Assembly (NCBI GenBank): GCA_002422685.1
Contig: DITC01000022.1
Span: 565 to 24,564, forward strand
Source of the DNA: Thauera sp. UBA6194
GTDB taxonomy: Bacteria; Pseudomonadota; Gammaproteobacteria; Burkholderiales; Rhodocyclaceae
Length of the DNA stretch: 24,000 bases
Reading direction: 5' to 3'
Position 1 is the first letter of the stretch. Each line of letters starts with the position of its first letter. Of the stretch, positions 9,101-15,633 are shown one piece after another. The translations under genes were made by a program, and so were the position numbers. The notes under the pieces were generated by a model. It was not told where the DNA came from. It saw only the letters and a list, made by a program, of their open reading frames with translations, and did not search any database.

Positions 9101-11526
9101 CCGACGCACTGGTCGAGCGCTGGCGGAAATTGCCCAGCAAGGAGGCCGACCGCCTCGCCGACGTGATGCACGCGGCCACCCTGGCGCAGTTCGACCCGGC
9201 CGAGATGAACGCGACCACGCCCGAGGAACAGCAGATCGCGGCCGACTTCGATGCGCTGTCGATGCCCGCTCAAGCGGTGTATCGCGACGTTCGCGACCAG
9301 TACCGTGACACCCTGATCGCGGTCCGCGATAGCCTCGCCAGCCGCGCCGAACGCACAGGCAGCACCGGGCGGGCCATCGCCGACGAGATCCGGCTCAAGT
9401 TCGACCGCTACCTTAGCGAAGGGCCTTACTTCAGCCTGGCCCGCTTCGGCGACTTCATCCTGATCGCCGACCGTGACGGGGAGCGTGTAGTCGAGGCGTT
9501 CGAGAGCTCACTGCAGCGTGAGAAGCGCGCCCGCGGACTGCGCGCCCAGGGCTTCCAGGTGAAGCTGACCGCGAAGCAGCAGTACAGCGCGACCAAGGAC
9601 GGCGCGGCCGGCTCCTTCATCGGCGACGTACTCGAGAAAGTCGATGCGCTCGACATGGACGGCGAGCAAAAATCGGCACTCATGGACCAGTTGAATCAGC
9701 TGGCCATTTCCGCCTTGCCGGACGCGAGCTATCGCAAGCACTTCGCGCACCGCAAGGGCACGCCGGGCTTTTCCAACGATGCGATGCGCGCCTTCGCCTC
9801 GTCGCAAATGCACGCAGCCCACCACCTGGCGCGGATCAAGCACGCCGACGAGCTCGCGCTGCTGATTGACGAGATGCGCGAGGACATCCAGGCCCAGCGC
9901 GGCGACGTCGACACCACCGAGCAGCAGCAGGTCGTCAACGAACTCACGCGCCGACTGGACCTCATGATGAATCCGACGACGCACCCGGTCACCGCAGCGC
10001 TCGGGCAGGTCGGCTTCGTGATGTCGCTCGGCGGCAGCATTGCATCGGGCATCACGAACCTGAGCCAAACCCCGCTTGTGACCTACCCCTGGCTGGGCTC
10101 GAAGTTCGGATTCGACAAGGCTGCCGGCGCCCTGCTGAAGGCGAGCAAGGATTACTTCGGCGGCCGATGGGAGAAGTGGTCGGGCTTTGTACTCGCCGAT
10201 AACCCGAACCTCATCGACGACGAGCGCGCCGCCCTGCGCCACCTCGAGGAAACCGGCTTGATCAACCTGACCCAGGCAAGCGACCTAGCCGGCACGGCGA
10301 ACACCGACTCGACGGTCAGCAAGCGGGCATTCGCGATCAACCGCGCAATGAAAATCGTCGGCTGGACCTTCCACACGCCGGAAGTCTTCAACCGGCAAGT
10401 GTCGGCCCTGGCCGCGTATCGCCTCGCGCGCGACGCCGGACAGACCCACGACACCGCCATCGAATCGGCGCGGCAAGCGCTTATCCGCACGCACTTCGAT
10501 TATTCCGCCAGCAACCGCGCCCGGTTCATGGCAGGAAATGTCACGCGGGTCATCACGATGTTCAAACAATATTCGCAGAACGTGACCTACCTGATGTGGC
10601 GCAACGCCTATCAGGCCCTCAAGGGCGAATCGGCCGATGTGCGCCGCGAGGCCCGCCGCATGCTGCTGGGTGTCGCCACGATGCACTTCGCGGCGGCCGG
10701 CACGATGGGCTTGCCGCTCGGGATCTTCGGCGTTACGCCCCTGCTGGCGCTACTCAGCATGGGCATGGGCGACGGGGACGATCCGTGGGATTGGGAAACC
10801 GAGTACCGCAACATGCTCGCCGACACCTTCGGCAAGGAGGGCGGGGAAGCCATCGCAAAGGGGCCGATCCGCATGCTGCTGAACGTGGATCTGGCGTCGC
10901 GCGTCGGACTCGGTGACCTCTGGATTCGCCCGCCGCAGAAGGAAGCCGAGGGGCGTGACCTCGTTGAGGCATGGCTGATCAGCCTGCTCGGCCCCGTCGC
11001 CGGTTACGCCGGGCAGATGGGCACCGCTGCGAAGGCCTTCGAAGAGGGCAAGTTCGCCCGGGGCGTTGAGGCGATGCTGCCCAAGTTCCTGGCGTCGCCG
11101 CTCAAGGCGATCCGGTATGAAGCGGAGGGCGTGCGCAGCTGGAAGGGTGCCGACCTTGGCATCACGCTCACCGAGGCGGACATCGCGGGCACGGCGCTGG
11201 GCTTCAATCCGGCACGCGTCGCCGAGATGTACGAGGGTCGCAGCGCGGTGAAGGGGCGCGAAGCACGGCTCCAGGCGCGGCGCGAGGAACTCACGAACAT
11301 GTGGTGGGAGTCGCAGCAGGCCGGCGACCGCACAGGTGTCGCCGAGGCGTTCGACCAGATCCGCAAGTTCAACCAGCGCAACCCGCCCTTCGCTATCACG
11401 ATGAAAACCTTGCGCCAGTCGGCGATGGCTCGGCGACGTGCCCAGCTCCAGACCGCACAGGGCTACTTCCTGAACCGCCGCCGCGACGAGCTCCGCGAGT
11501 TCAGCCGCTTCGCCAACATCGACTGA
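3139..11526 (+). CDS. Giant multidomain 'polyvalent' protein: 2x RadC-like JAB/MPN modules + ART-like domain + PLxRFG C-terminal region
   Basis: Uninterrupted 2,795-codon ORF with an aaggaaaag RBS upstream of ATG 3139. In-frame motifs are VLHNHPSGRATPSPADVNLT (HNH at 6475..6483), TLHNHPNGTARPSDGDMHFA (8152..8160), FRRWFGNSQAIDDNGQPLVMYHGT (YHG at 7180..7188) and YFSLARFGDF (SLARFG at 9433..9450). All recognisable motifs lie in this frame, and the antisense ORFs are low-complexity R/G/A-rich. Confidence 0.9.
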   Translation: MALGTDDKMPRGTVDEFNNLRPLPGAPAPAQPQPAAGPWQRFQPQAQAQQPATQAAPPVTDWSKFVPDQPAAPQTDWGQFVPDQPREMGIISTLAQGFRNTGRAVGAAADVALDDRASVVERANAQAAAPKNENLRAFEGAIENRRAALGTDDPGLLDALGVVGGAVLAQPKGAGYAVLEQAPNAVAALAPAWAGAKLGATAGAAIPLPGAAPALGVVGGLAGLFLGNTALEVGHKAMEKATDGQFTAAERETAFVEGGTKAATITGIDAATLGLSKWIMGATSRAVERATTRALTDAGVDVGNEVAVMAARRSPEMVKAVRQAQEAAIDTTATFGRKAARAGAALGLETIGEGLGEYLGELAATGKADAIDAVLESVLSLGQSGAEVAWGASRNAASMAAARLNPAAGPNSRAAIVALNQQAQGKLPPTEGPRAGTMQQAAAAGQLGGDLNNQVPTDWAQQIDAALGTAPAQQEAQPMASPWLDYEQQAPATDLSGFVPDAVPAGFVPDANQNTIETSPGTAPTATTSPAAPNGQQDQQQAPRLVPMKDETAAARRAEVVAKRTGVQHLVIPHPTVAGRFAVVPADSPLAAPTAQTEGLDTAGLFQTQVPIPLKNARNLAGMMSMAGGVEHAVVPAPTGDGFGVAPVDQLSPAQLQQWAGFQPGTRRGAARRVPGPSAAPTATATPAPSASTTSSTATPIGTPDAGPELAQVTGATPQAAPAAPAVPEGAQGLNTEAQRAAPALPQIDSNTFTSAVGNAQSTIRRERWTVDGGRRFEGRIRAELERAGVSANAAQAVIDLAKQQSPGDAFVTGDALAQAARTLGVISSASRTTTPQQDKPTTTTTTRAIVPGQTAKGRDVLLAQVEQLKQRTAPADLVNDYNDLKARIADARRRAALKATKRTESERLTEWADNQDRELERLRNEIGFVELKAGTARYKVLNTPENLEVFAQKLKKAPVGRWTVTVKPEEIYDNVETRPGTTEAQRETGRSAVRELARRVTAHLQRRGNHQDRAAIEVLGSRLYDGFAANGGVDLVGQRVTSAEDLAVLAQVFRDPRFETFRVFYTDQQGVVVGEGAYSSRLPAAVNLPNDFDAHIRRDMGRFGATGFWVLHNHPSGRATPSPADVNLTKWIASSVSGFRGHVVIDHNEFATIGGQGAVQVVQAPQLNGTDFGSKPELDHHMLGSTINGERDVVQAAKALQVKNGHAALIFLRRDQKVQLVMDVPMALLQDTSRAALGKLRAVVRAFARESGAGGWRFLVLPDGVSPEPMKRLVLDNIFTDIVSADGTTAGNFGAVTTGDFLDYSPPIRRVKEADEPSRAQTDTAAFRRWFGNSQAIDDNGQPLVMYHGTNKDITAFKAGRGGGAIWFATDPTLANMFVAGGRQRMAEGNRKGSAVYPVFLSVQNPLDLGDASPQDNSPYSYVLKAAGLPANYDAVAEIARRNLESGYAGVSPSAQDPIATLTETYMARYNRLSDILDNPGLIEVLQEAGFDGIKMQEQGVTTFAVFRPEQIKSATGNAGTFDPADPSIVREDTADPYNTIETRPNTTEAQLDTGRAALADVQRRILSLRGQRIGAAVLGSRLAADLATTGGAQLIGQEVRDASDLAVLGQIFRDPRFETWRAIFVKDGKIVGEHAYSSRLPSSVLMPRGIDQWLKTQSEKYGADAVFTLHNHPNGTARPSDGDMHFAARLRREVPNWKGEIIIDSSEYAVLTGLGVPSESSESMSVRDLAEYGATVTFAPRLASVDFNSSPELEHRLLGLPIGDPANIAKLGKALQIPGGHAAMIVTSEGKVQALLDVPVAPLLDTKSKLGRAKIMAMVRRISRATGGESRFLVVPKGAKLDRWFVRQGIFQDVVSETGTSMLAAVRKWNGDPNWFPMDQIGRNAGRSARLLYEPAAGYDAAEPGTRRSRAAEPQQTEAIEDFTPERATVGEWIAHQLKQNRGWAMGALTRDQLADIYGASMPAVEQFDRTVQAMDLVRNRMMEQADALVERWRKLPSKEADRLADVMHAATLAQFDPAEMNATTPEEQQIAADFDALSMPAQAVYRDVRDQYRDTLIAVRDSLASRAERTGSTGRAIADEIRLKFDRYLSEGPYFSLARFGDFILIADRDGERVVEAFESSLQREKRARGLRAQGFQVKLTAKQQYSATKDGAAGSFIGDVLEKVDALDMDGEQKSALMDQLNQLAISALPDASYRKHFAHRKGTPGFSNDAMRAFASSQMHAAHHLARIKHADELALLIDEMREDIQAQRGDVDTTEQQQVVNELTRRLDLMMNPTTHPVTAALGQVGFVMSLGGSIASGITNLSQTPLVTYPWLGSKFGFDKAAGALLKASKDYFGGRWEKWSGFVLADNPNLIDDERAALRHLEETGLINLTQASDLAGTANTDSTVSKRAFAINRAMKIVGWTFHTPEVFNRQVSALAAYRLARDAGQTHDTAIESARQALIRTHFDYSASNRARFMAGNVTRVITMFKQYSQNVTYLMWRNAYQALKGESADVRREARRMLLGVATMHFAAAGTMGLPLGIFGVTPLLALLSMGMGDGDDPWDWETEYRNMLADTFGKEGGEAIAKGPIRMLLNVDLASRVGLGDLWIRPPQKEAEGRDLVEAWLISLLGPVAGYAGQMGTAAKAFEEGKFARGVEAMLPKFLASPLKAIRYEAEGVRSWKGADLGITLTEADIAGTALGFNPARVAEMYEGRSAVKGREARLQARREELTNMWWESQQAGDRTGVAEAFDQIRKFNQRNPPFAITMKTLRQSAMARRRAQLQTAQGYFLNRRRDELREFSRFANID
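6270..6605 (+). other. Domain: RadC-like JAB/MPN metallopeptidase, copy 1 (intact HxH..S..D motif)
   Basis: EDLAVLAQVFRDPRFETFRVFY...GFWVLHNHPSGRATPSPADVNLT...HVVIDHNEF contains the RadC-type JAMM signature HNHPSG-x3-PS-x2-D. Confidence 0.8.
7105..7700 (+). other. Domain: ART-like (polyvalent-protein type ADP-ribosyltransferase-like) region
   Basis: TDTAAFRRWFGNSQAIDDNGQPLVMYHGT...GAIWFATDPTLANMF...AVYPVFLSVQNPLDL...FDGIKMQEQGVTTFAVFRPEQIK. This pattern is recalled from ART-PolyVal-type domains of phage and plasmid polyvalent proteins. The assignment is by eye only. Confidence 0.5.
7951..8280 (+). other. Domain: RadC-like JAB/MPN metallopeptidase, copy 2 (intact motif)
   Basis: SDLAVLGQIFRDPRFETWRAIFV...AVFTLHNHPNGTARPSDGDMHFA...EIIIDSSEY. 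It shares the 20-nt identity ttcagagatccccgcttcga (7978..7997) with copy 1 (6298..6317). Confidence 0.8.
8900..11526 (+). other. Domain region: PLxRFG-type C-terminal region with hydrophobic segments
   Basis: GPYFSLARFGDFILIAD fits the PLxRFG motif (S in place of P). Downstream hydrophobic stretches are VGFVMSLGGSIASGITNL, LLGVATMHFAAAGTMGLPLGIFGVTPLLALLSMGMG and LISLLGPVAGYAGQMG. Confidence 0.55.
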
Positions 11527-11551
11527 CCCCCTACTCCCGGAGAACGACACC

Positions 11552-12124
11552 ATGACCACCGACTACTTCGGCCTCAAGTCCAAGCTGATCGAGGCCTTGC
11601 CCGAGCGCCTGATCGAAGGGCACCCGACCTACGCGAACGCGCGCTCAGCCTTCGACGAGGTCGCCGCCCGCTACGAGCGCGCGACGGCTGCCTGCGCCAA
11701 GTCGAACAAGATCGCTGCGCAACTCGAGCGCAGCATCGAGCGCCTTCGGTCGGAACACGCGGAGCTGAAGGCCCGCCTGCCCGCCCTGGCGATGCAGGCG
11801 ATCGAGGCGACGGACACCAAGTTCACCGCCGCCGTGGATGCGCGCGCTGAGCTGCAGCGGATCCTGTGGGAGATCGAGGCGCGCACCGATGCGCTTGCCG
11901 GCGTGCGACGCGCGCACACCTTGAACAACCTGCACGGGGCTGCAGAGTCGGCCGCCATATCGCACACGGCCGCCCAGGAGCGGTTCGACCGTGTGCAGGC
12001 CAACGTGCGAAACCGCGTGGCCAGCGCGCTCGCCGCCACCTTATGCGAGGAAAAGGTCGAGGTCGAGGTCGAGGACTGGCCCGAGCGCGAGGAGGCAGAG
12101 TCGTTCGCGCGGTCGATGATGTGA
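11552..12124 (+). CDS. Hypothetical coiled-coil protein
   Basis: 190 aa. A ggaga RBS lies ~8 nt upstream, and the gene starts 25 nt after the giant ORF stop. It is rich in heptad-like A/E/R/L helices with an acidic tail (EVEVEDWPEREEAE). No family recognised. Confidence 0.65.
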   Translation: MTTDYFGLKSKLIEALPERLIEGHPTYANARSAFDEVAARYERATAACAKSNKIAAQLERSIERLRSEHAELKARLPALAMQAIEATDTKFTAAVDARAELQRILWEIEARTDALAGVRRAHTLNNLHGAAESAAISHTAAQERFDRVQANVRNRVASALAATLCEEKVEVEVEDWPEREEAESFARSMM

Positions 12125-12146
12125 CGCTGCCGTGATCGAGGCGCCG

Positions 12147-12683
12147 ATGCTGCTCTTCACCACCGTCGACACGTCGGCACCCGCACCCGCGCGCCACTCC
12201 GTTCCGCAAATCCCGAGGAGCGCCGAGACCATCGACCGCGCGCTCCTCGATCAGCCGGCGAGCTGGGCGTGCTTCCCGTCGGCGTGGCACCTGGCCGCCT
12301 GGCGTGCAGAGGCGGGTGAGCACTTCGCCCCGTGCGTTGATTGCCTGCCGGACTTTCAGGCGCGCATGCAGCGCCTGCACCGCTGCCGGCACCCCGACGT
12401 GATCTTCATCGAGGAAGACGGCGAGGTCGTCGGCCGGCTGCCCACGCCCGCGGGCTTGTCGCGCTACGGCTCCAGATCGGATGTTGATCCGGCCGCTTCC
12501 GCTTTTTCTGTGGTCCTGGCGTGCCGCTTCTTGGGCGTCGATGGCGTTGTCGCCCTGCTCGGGATCTCGGCGCCCTCGCTGCCGCACTATCGTAATGGCA
12601 ACAGAACGCTGCCGCCCGCGAAGTTTCTCGCGCTGCAGGCGGCCGTGCGCGCGGCGGCGCGGTTCATCACCTCGAGGAGCTGA
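12147..12683 (+). CDS. Hypothetical protein with a Cys/His cluster and a possible C-terminal HTH
   Basis: Frame of track ORF 12132..12683. ATG 12147 is preferred because a gagg sits 5 nt upstream; GTG 12132 is the alternative. Contains CVDCLPDFQARMQRLHRCRH, then LACRFLGVDGVVALLGISAPSLPHYRNGNRTLP (XRE-like HTH look). Confidence 0.6.
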   Translation: MLLFTTVDTSAPAPARHSVPQIPRSAETIDRALLDQPASWACFPSAWHLAAWRAEAGEHFAPCVDCLPDFQARMQRLHRCRHPDVIFIEEDGEVVGRLPTPAGLSRYGSRSDVDPAASAFSVVLACRFLGVDGVVALLGISAPSLPHYRNGNRTLPPAKFLALQAAVRAAARFITSRS

Positions 12684-12687
12684 CCTC

Positions 12688-13503
12688 ATGCACACACCCT
12701 GCTTTGCTGCCCAGGTAGAGCGCGCGCTCGGCATCGCCGCCGATGAACTCGCCGCCGCTGGCAACCCGGGTGCTGCGTTTGCCCAAGCGATCGTGCGCGC
12801 GATTCCCCAGGCGCAACACTTCACGCTGCCAGCGGGCGGCCGACTCTTCGATGATGGCCTGCGCGGGCTCGACACCGACCTGCACGCGATCCGCCTGCCC
12901 TACCCGGTCATCACGCTTTCCTTCGCTGACGGCGCGCGGCGGACACTCGTTGTCGCCCAGGAATTGCACGAGGCAGGACAGAACACCATCGTGGTGCGAG
13001 TCGCGGTGGACACGGGCGGCGGTCAGGGGTGGGGCTTTTTCCCGTGCACCGCCCAGCCGGAGCAGCGCCACGACGACGGCTCGGTCGCGTGGGTGTGCTT
13101 CGACAGCGTCGGCGGCCGACTGGACCGCACGCCGATGCACGAGGCGGTCATGGCTGCCGGGCGCAGCGTCCTCGAGCTGGTCGAAGCGCTCTCATGCAAC
13201 AACGTTGCGGCAGAGGTCGTCGAGCGCGTGGATCCGGCGGTGAATGCGCGCCGCCGCCGACAGGGGAAACTTGCGCTCTACGAAACGCGCGTTCTGGTCG
13301 TGAGGGTGGGCGACGTGGCGCACGCGATCGGTGCGCCAGTCGGAGATCGGAACGGACCGCGCGAACACCTGCGCCGCGGTCATGTGCGTCGCCTGCCGGA
13401 CGGTCGGAAGACTTGGGTGCAGGCCTGCGTTGTCGGCTCTCGGGCGCTGGGCGTGGTGCGGAAAAGCGCCTACGTGATCGAGGTTGAGCGCGCGCTCGCA
13501 TAG
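12688..13503 (+). CDS. Hypothetical protein
   Basis: Internal ATG 12688 of track ORF 12481..13503, with a gaggag RBS at 12674..12679, 4 nt after the upstream stop. The region upstream of 12688 overlaps the previous gene. 271 aa with a basic C-terminal motif REHLRRGHVRRLPDGRKTWVQACVVG. No family recognised. Confidence 0.65.
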   Translation: MHTPCFAAQVERALGIAADELAAAGNPGAAFAQAIVRAIPQAQHFTLPAGGRLFDDGLRGLDTDLHAIRLPYPVITLSFADGARRTLVVAQELHEAGQNTIVVRVAVDTGGGQGWGFFPCTAQPEQRHDDGSVAWVCFDSVGGRLDRTPMHEAVMAAGRSVLELVEALSCNNVAAEVVERVDPAVNARRRRQGKLALYETRVLVVRVGDVAHAIGAPVGDRNGPREHLRRGHVRRLPDGRKTWVQACVVGSRALGVVRKSAYVIEVERALA

Positions 13504-13857
13504 GGTTTCAGCACCCTGCACGCGACCTCGAAGGGCACCCGCTGTTGATCGAACACCTCGGCCGCCTTGTGCAACGGCATCCGCCCCGCCGCCCCCTAGC
13601 CGGAGATCCGGGAGATCATGGCGCGCATCTCGTGGCGCTGACTCTGATCGATCATCGACGGGACACGCAGATGTGGATATGCGATTAGCGTAACTGGAGA
13701 CCGTCACGTAATCCACAGGAGGGGCAACGCGTCGGCGATCGGGTTGCCCAGACTGGGGTAATGTTCTGTGAAGAGGTGGTCCGCTGTGTGGACTGGTCGC
13801 CGGTACAGGTAATCTGAATTACCAGCCGCTGCAGCGTGTCGCCGATGCGCTCGGACG

Positions 13858-14019
13858 TCACGGGATCGTCAAGGGGTTTGCTGGTGGATTACTGGGGGCA
13901 CATGGGGTGCTGCGGGGCGCGGTGCTGAGTTCGGCGCCATCGCCCAGTAAGTTGTGCACGCGGGCCGGCGGCTGGCCGTAGCGGTTTTTGGTGTGCTTGA
14001 CGAGCAGGGTACGGTGCAT
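13858..14019 (-). CDS. Possible small ORF (53 aa), unknown function
   Basis: Not in the track (under 60 aa). It has a strong RBS, aaggaggaagctATG (AGGAGG at 14025..14030), unusual for this region. Product: MHRTLLVKHTKNRYGQPPARVHNLLGDGAELSTAPRSTPCAPSNPPANPLTIP. The second half is low complexity, so this may be a gene remnant. Confidence 0.3.
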   Translation of the reverse strand: MHRTLLVKHTKNRYGQPPARVHNLLGDGAELSTAPRSTPCAPSNPPANPLTIP

Positions 14020-14180
14020 AGCTTCCTCCTTCGCTCTGCCGCCCGGGGTGGGCGGTGCGTCGGAGACAACATATCCGCATAAGGGTACAATTCAAACCCG
14101 TAAACGGGTACTCTTGACGCCAGACCATCAGCCCATCGGCACTGTTGTTTGGGTAGAATTCGCGCCGGAAAAGGAGCGTT

Positions 14181-15182
14181 ATGCCTAAAGCAGTGTCTTT
14201 GTTCTCGGGGTGCGGCGGATCGGACGCGGGCGTGATCGCGGCCGGGTTCGATGTCGTCATGGCGAATGACATAATCGCCTACGCGCGCGACGCCTATCTG
14301 GCCAACCTGCCCAAGACCGACTACGTGCTCGGCGATGTGGCCAAGATCGAGGACAGCGCATTCCCGAGCGCCGAGCTTCTAGTGGGATGCTATCCGTGCC
14401 AGGGCTTTAGCCAGGGTGGCGCCCGCGAGGCCGACCGCCGCATCAATACACTGTATCTGGAATTCGCCCGCGCTTTGCGGGCCATCCAGCCCAAAGCCTT
14501 TATTGCCGAGAACGTCTCGGGCTTGCGCCGCAGCACGTACAAGCATCTGCTCGACGACCAGATCGTGCAGTTCAGTTCGGCCGGCGAGCACGGCTATGAC
14601 GTGGTGTGGCAAGAGCTCAAAGCCCACGAATACGGCGTGCCACAAGAGCGCAAACGGCTGGTCATCGTCGGCATTCGGCGGGATCTGGGCGTGCGCTATG
14701 GCTTCCCGGCGCCCACCCATGGGCCGAGCGCGGACCAGCCCTACCTGACGATCGGGAAGGCGCTCGAAGGCTTGCCCGAATGGCCGGAAGGGGAATACTG
14801 CGACGACCCCTTCCACTGGTATTACCTTTCACGCAACCGCCGGCGCGGCGCGGACGAGATCAGCAAGACGATCGTCAGCCACATGCGCCACATGCCCTTG
14901 CATCCGGTGAGCCCCTCGCTCAAGCGCATCCACACCGACAAGTGGGAGTTCGAGGAGGACAAGCCCGCCCGCCGCTTTTCCTACCGCGAGGCTGCGCGGC
15001 TGCAGGGCTTCACCGGGAAATACCTCAAGCACGGCGGCGATTTTGTCTTTCCAGAGGCGTGCACCCATGCATCCGGGCAGGAAGGCAACCTGTTGCGCTA
15101 TCGGTACAAGGTCATCGGCAATGCGGTGCCGCCCCCGCTTTTCGAGGCGGTGGCAAAGGCGTTGCCGGATGTCTGGGACTGA
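14181..15182 (+). CDS. dcm: DNA (cytosine-5)-methyltransferase
   Basis: 333 aa with m5C-MTase motifs in order: LFSGCGG (I), GCYPCQGFSQGG (IV, catalytic PC), FIAENV (VI), QERKRLVIVG (VIII), GNAVPPPL (X). An aaaaggag RBS lies upstream. Confidence 0.93.
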   Translation: MPKAVSLFSGCGGSDAGVIAAGFDVVMANDIIAYARDAYLANLPKTDYVLGDVAKIEDSAFPSAELLVGCYPCQGFSQGGAREADRRINTLYLEFARALRAIQPKAFIAENVSGLRRSTYKHLLDDQIVQFSSAGEHGYDVVWQELKAHEYGVPQERKRLVIVGIRRDLGVRYGFPAPTHGPSADQPYLTIGKALEGLPEWPEGEYCDDPFHWYYLSRNRRRGADEISKTIVSHMRHMPLHPVSPSLKRIHTDKWEFEEDKPARRFSYREAARLQGFTGKYLKHGGDFVFPEACTHASGQEGNLLRYRYKVIGNAVPPPLFEAVAKALPDVWD

Positions 15183-15210
15183 CTGAGCGCGCGCGGAGCG
15201 GCGTGGGGTC

Positions 15211-15633
15211 ATGGCGGACCGCTTTTCCTCCGCAGCCCGCGACCGTGTGATGTCCCGCATCAAACAGCGTGACACTGCGCCGGAAATGGCGCTGTGGCGG
15301 GCGCTTTGGGCTGCGGGGCTTCGCTATCGGCTGAAGCTAAAGCAGAAGCTACCAGGCAAGCCCGATTTGATATTTGCGGCGGTCAAGGTCGCGATCTTTG
15401 TCCATGGCTGCTTCTGGCACGGGTGCCCAGAGCACGGCCGCAAGCCTAAGAGCCATGAAGCGTATTGGACGCCGAAACTCTCGAGGAACCTGCGCAGGGA
15501 TGCCGAGGTGAATGCCGCGCTCGAGGCGATGGGCTGGCAGGTTGTCCGATTCTGGGAACACCAGATCACAGCGGACCTGGCCGGCTGCATTGCACGAGTG
15601 GCCGTGTTGGTCAGGCCATGCACAACTGCATGA
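15211..15633 (+). CDS. vsr: Very short patch repair endonuclease
   Basis: 140 aa. TAPEMALWRALWAAGLRYRL...GKPDLIFAAVKVAIFVHGCFWHGCPEHG...YWTPKLSRNLRRD...GWQVVRFWEH is the Vsr signature. The gene lies directly downstream of the m5C MTase. Confidence 0.92.
   Translation: MADRFSSAARDRVMSRIKQRDTAPEMALWRALWAAGLRYRLKLKQKLPGKPDLIFAAVKVAIFVHGCFWHGCPEHGRKPKSHEAYWTPKLSRNLRRDAEVNAALEAMGWQVVRFWEHQITADLAGCIARVAVLVRPCTTA

Noticed and set aside
13192-13716. 174-aa minus-strand ORF overlapping the end of the 12688..13503 gene
   Set aside because: It overlaps a better-supported plus-strand gene by more than 300 nt, has no RBS or motif, and has a G/R/A-rich composition.
13504-14180. IS element or transposase remnant at the cargo junction
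   Set aside because: I could not find terminal inverted repeats, a DDE-type frame or target duplications by eye. It is mentioned only as something to test by BLAST.
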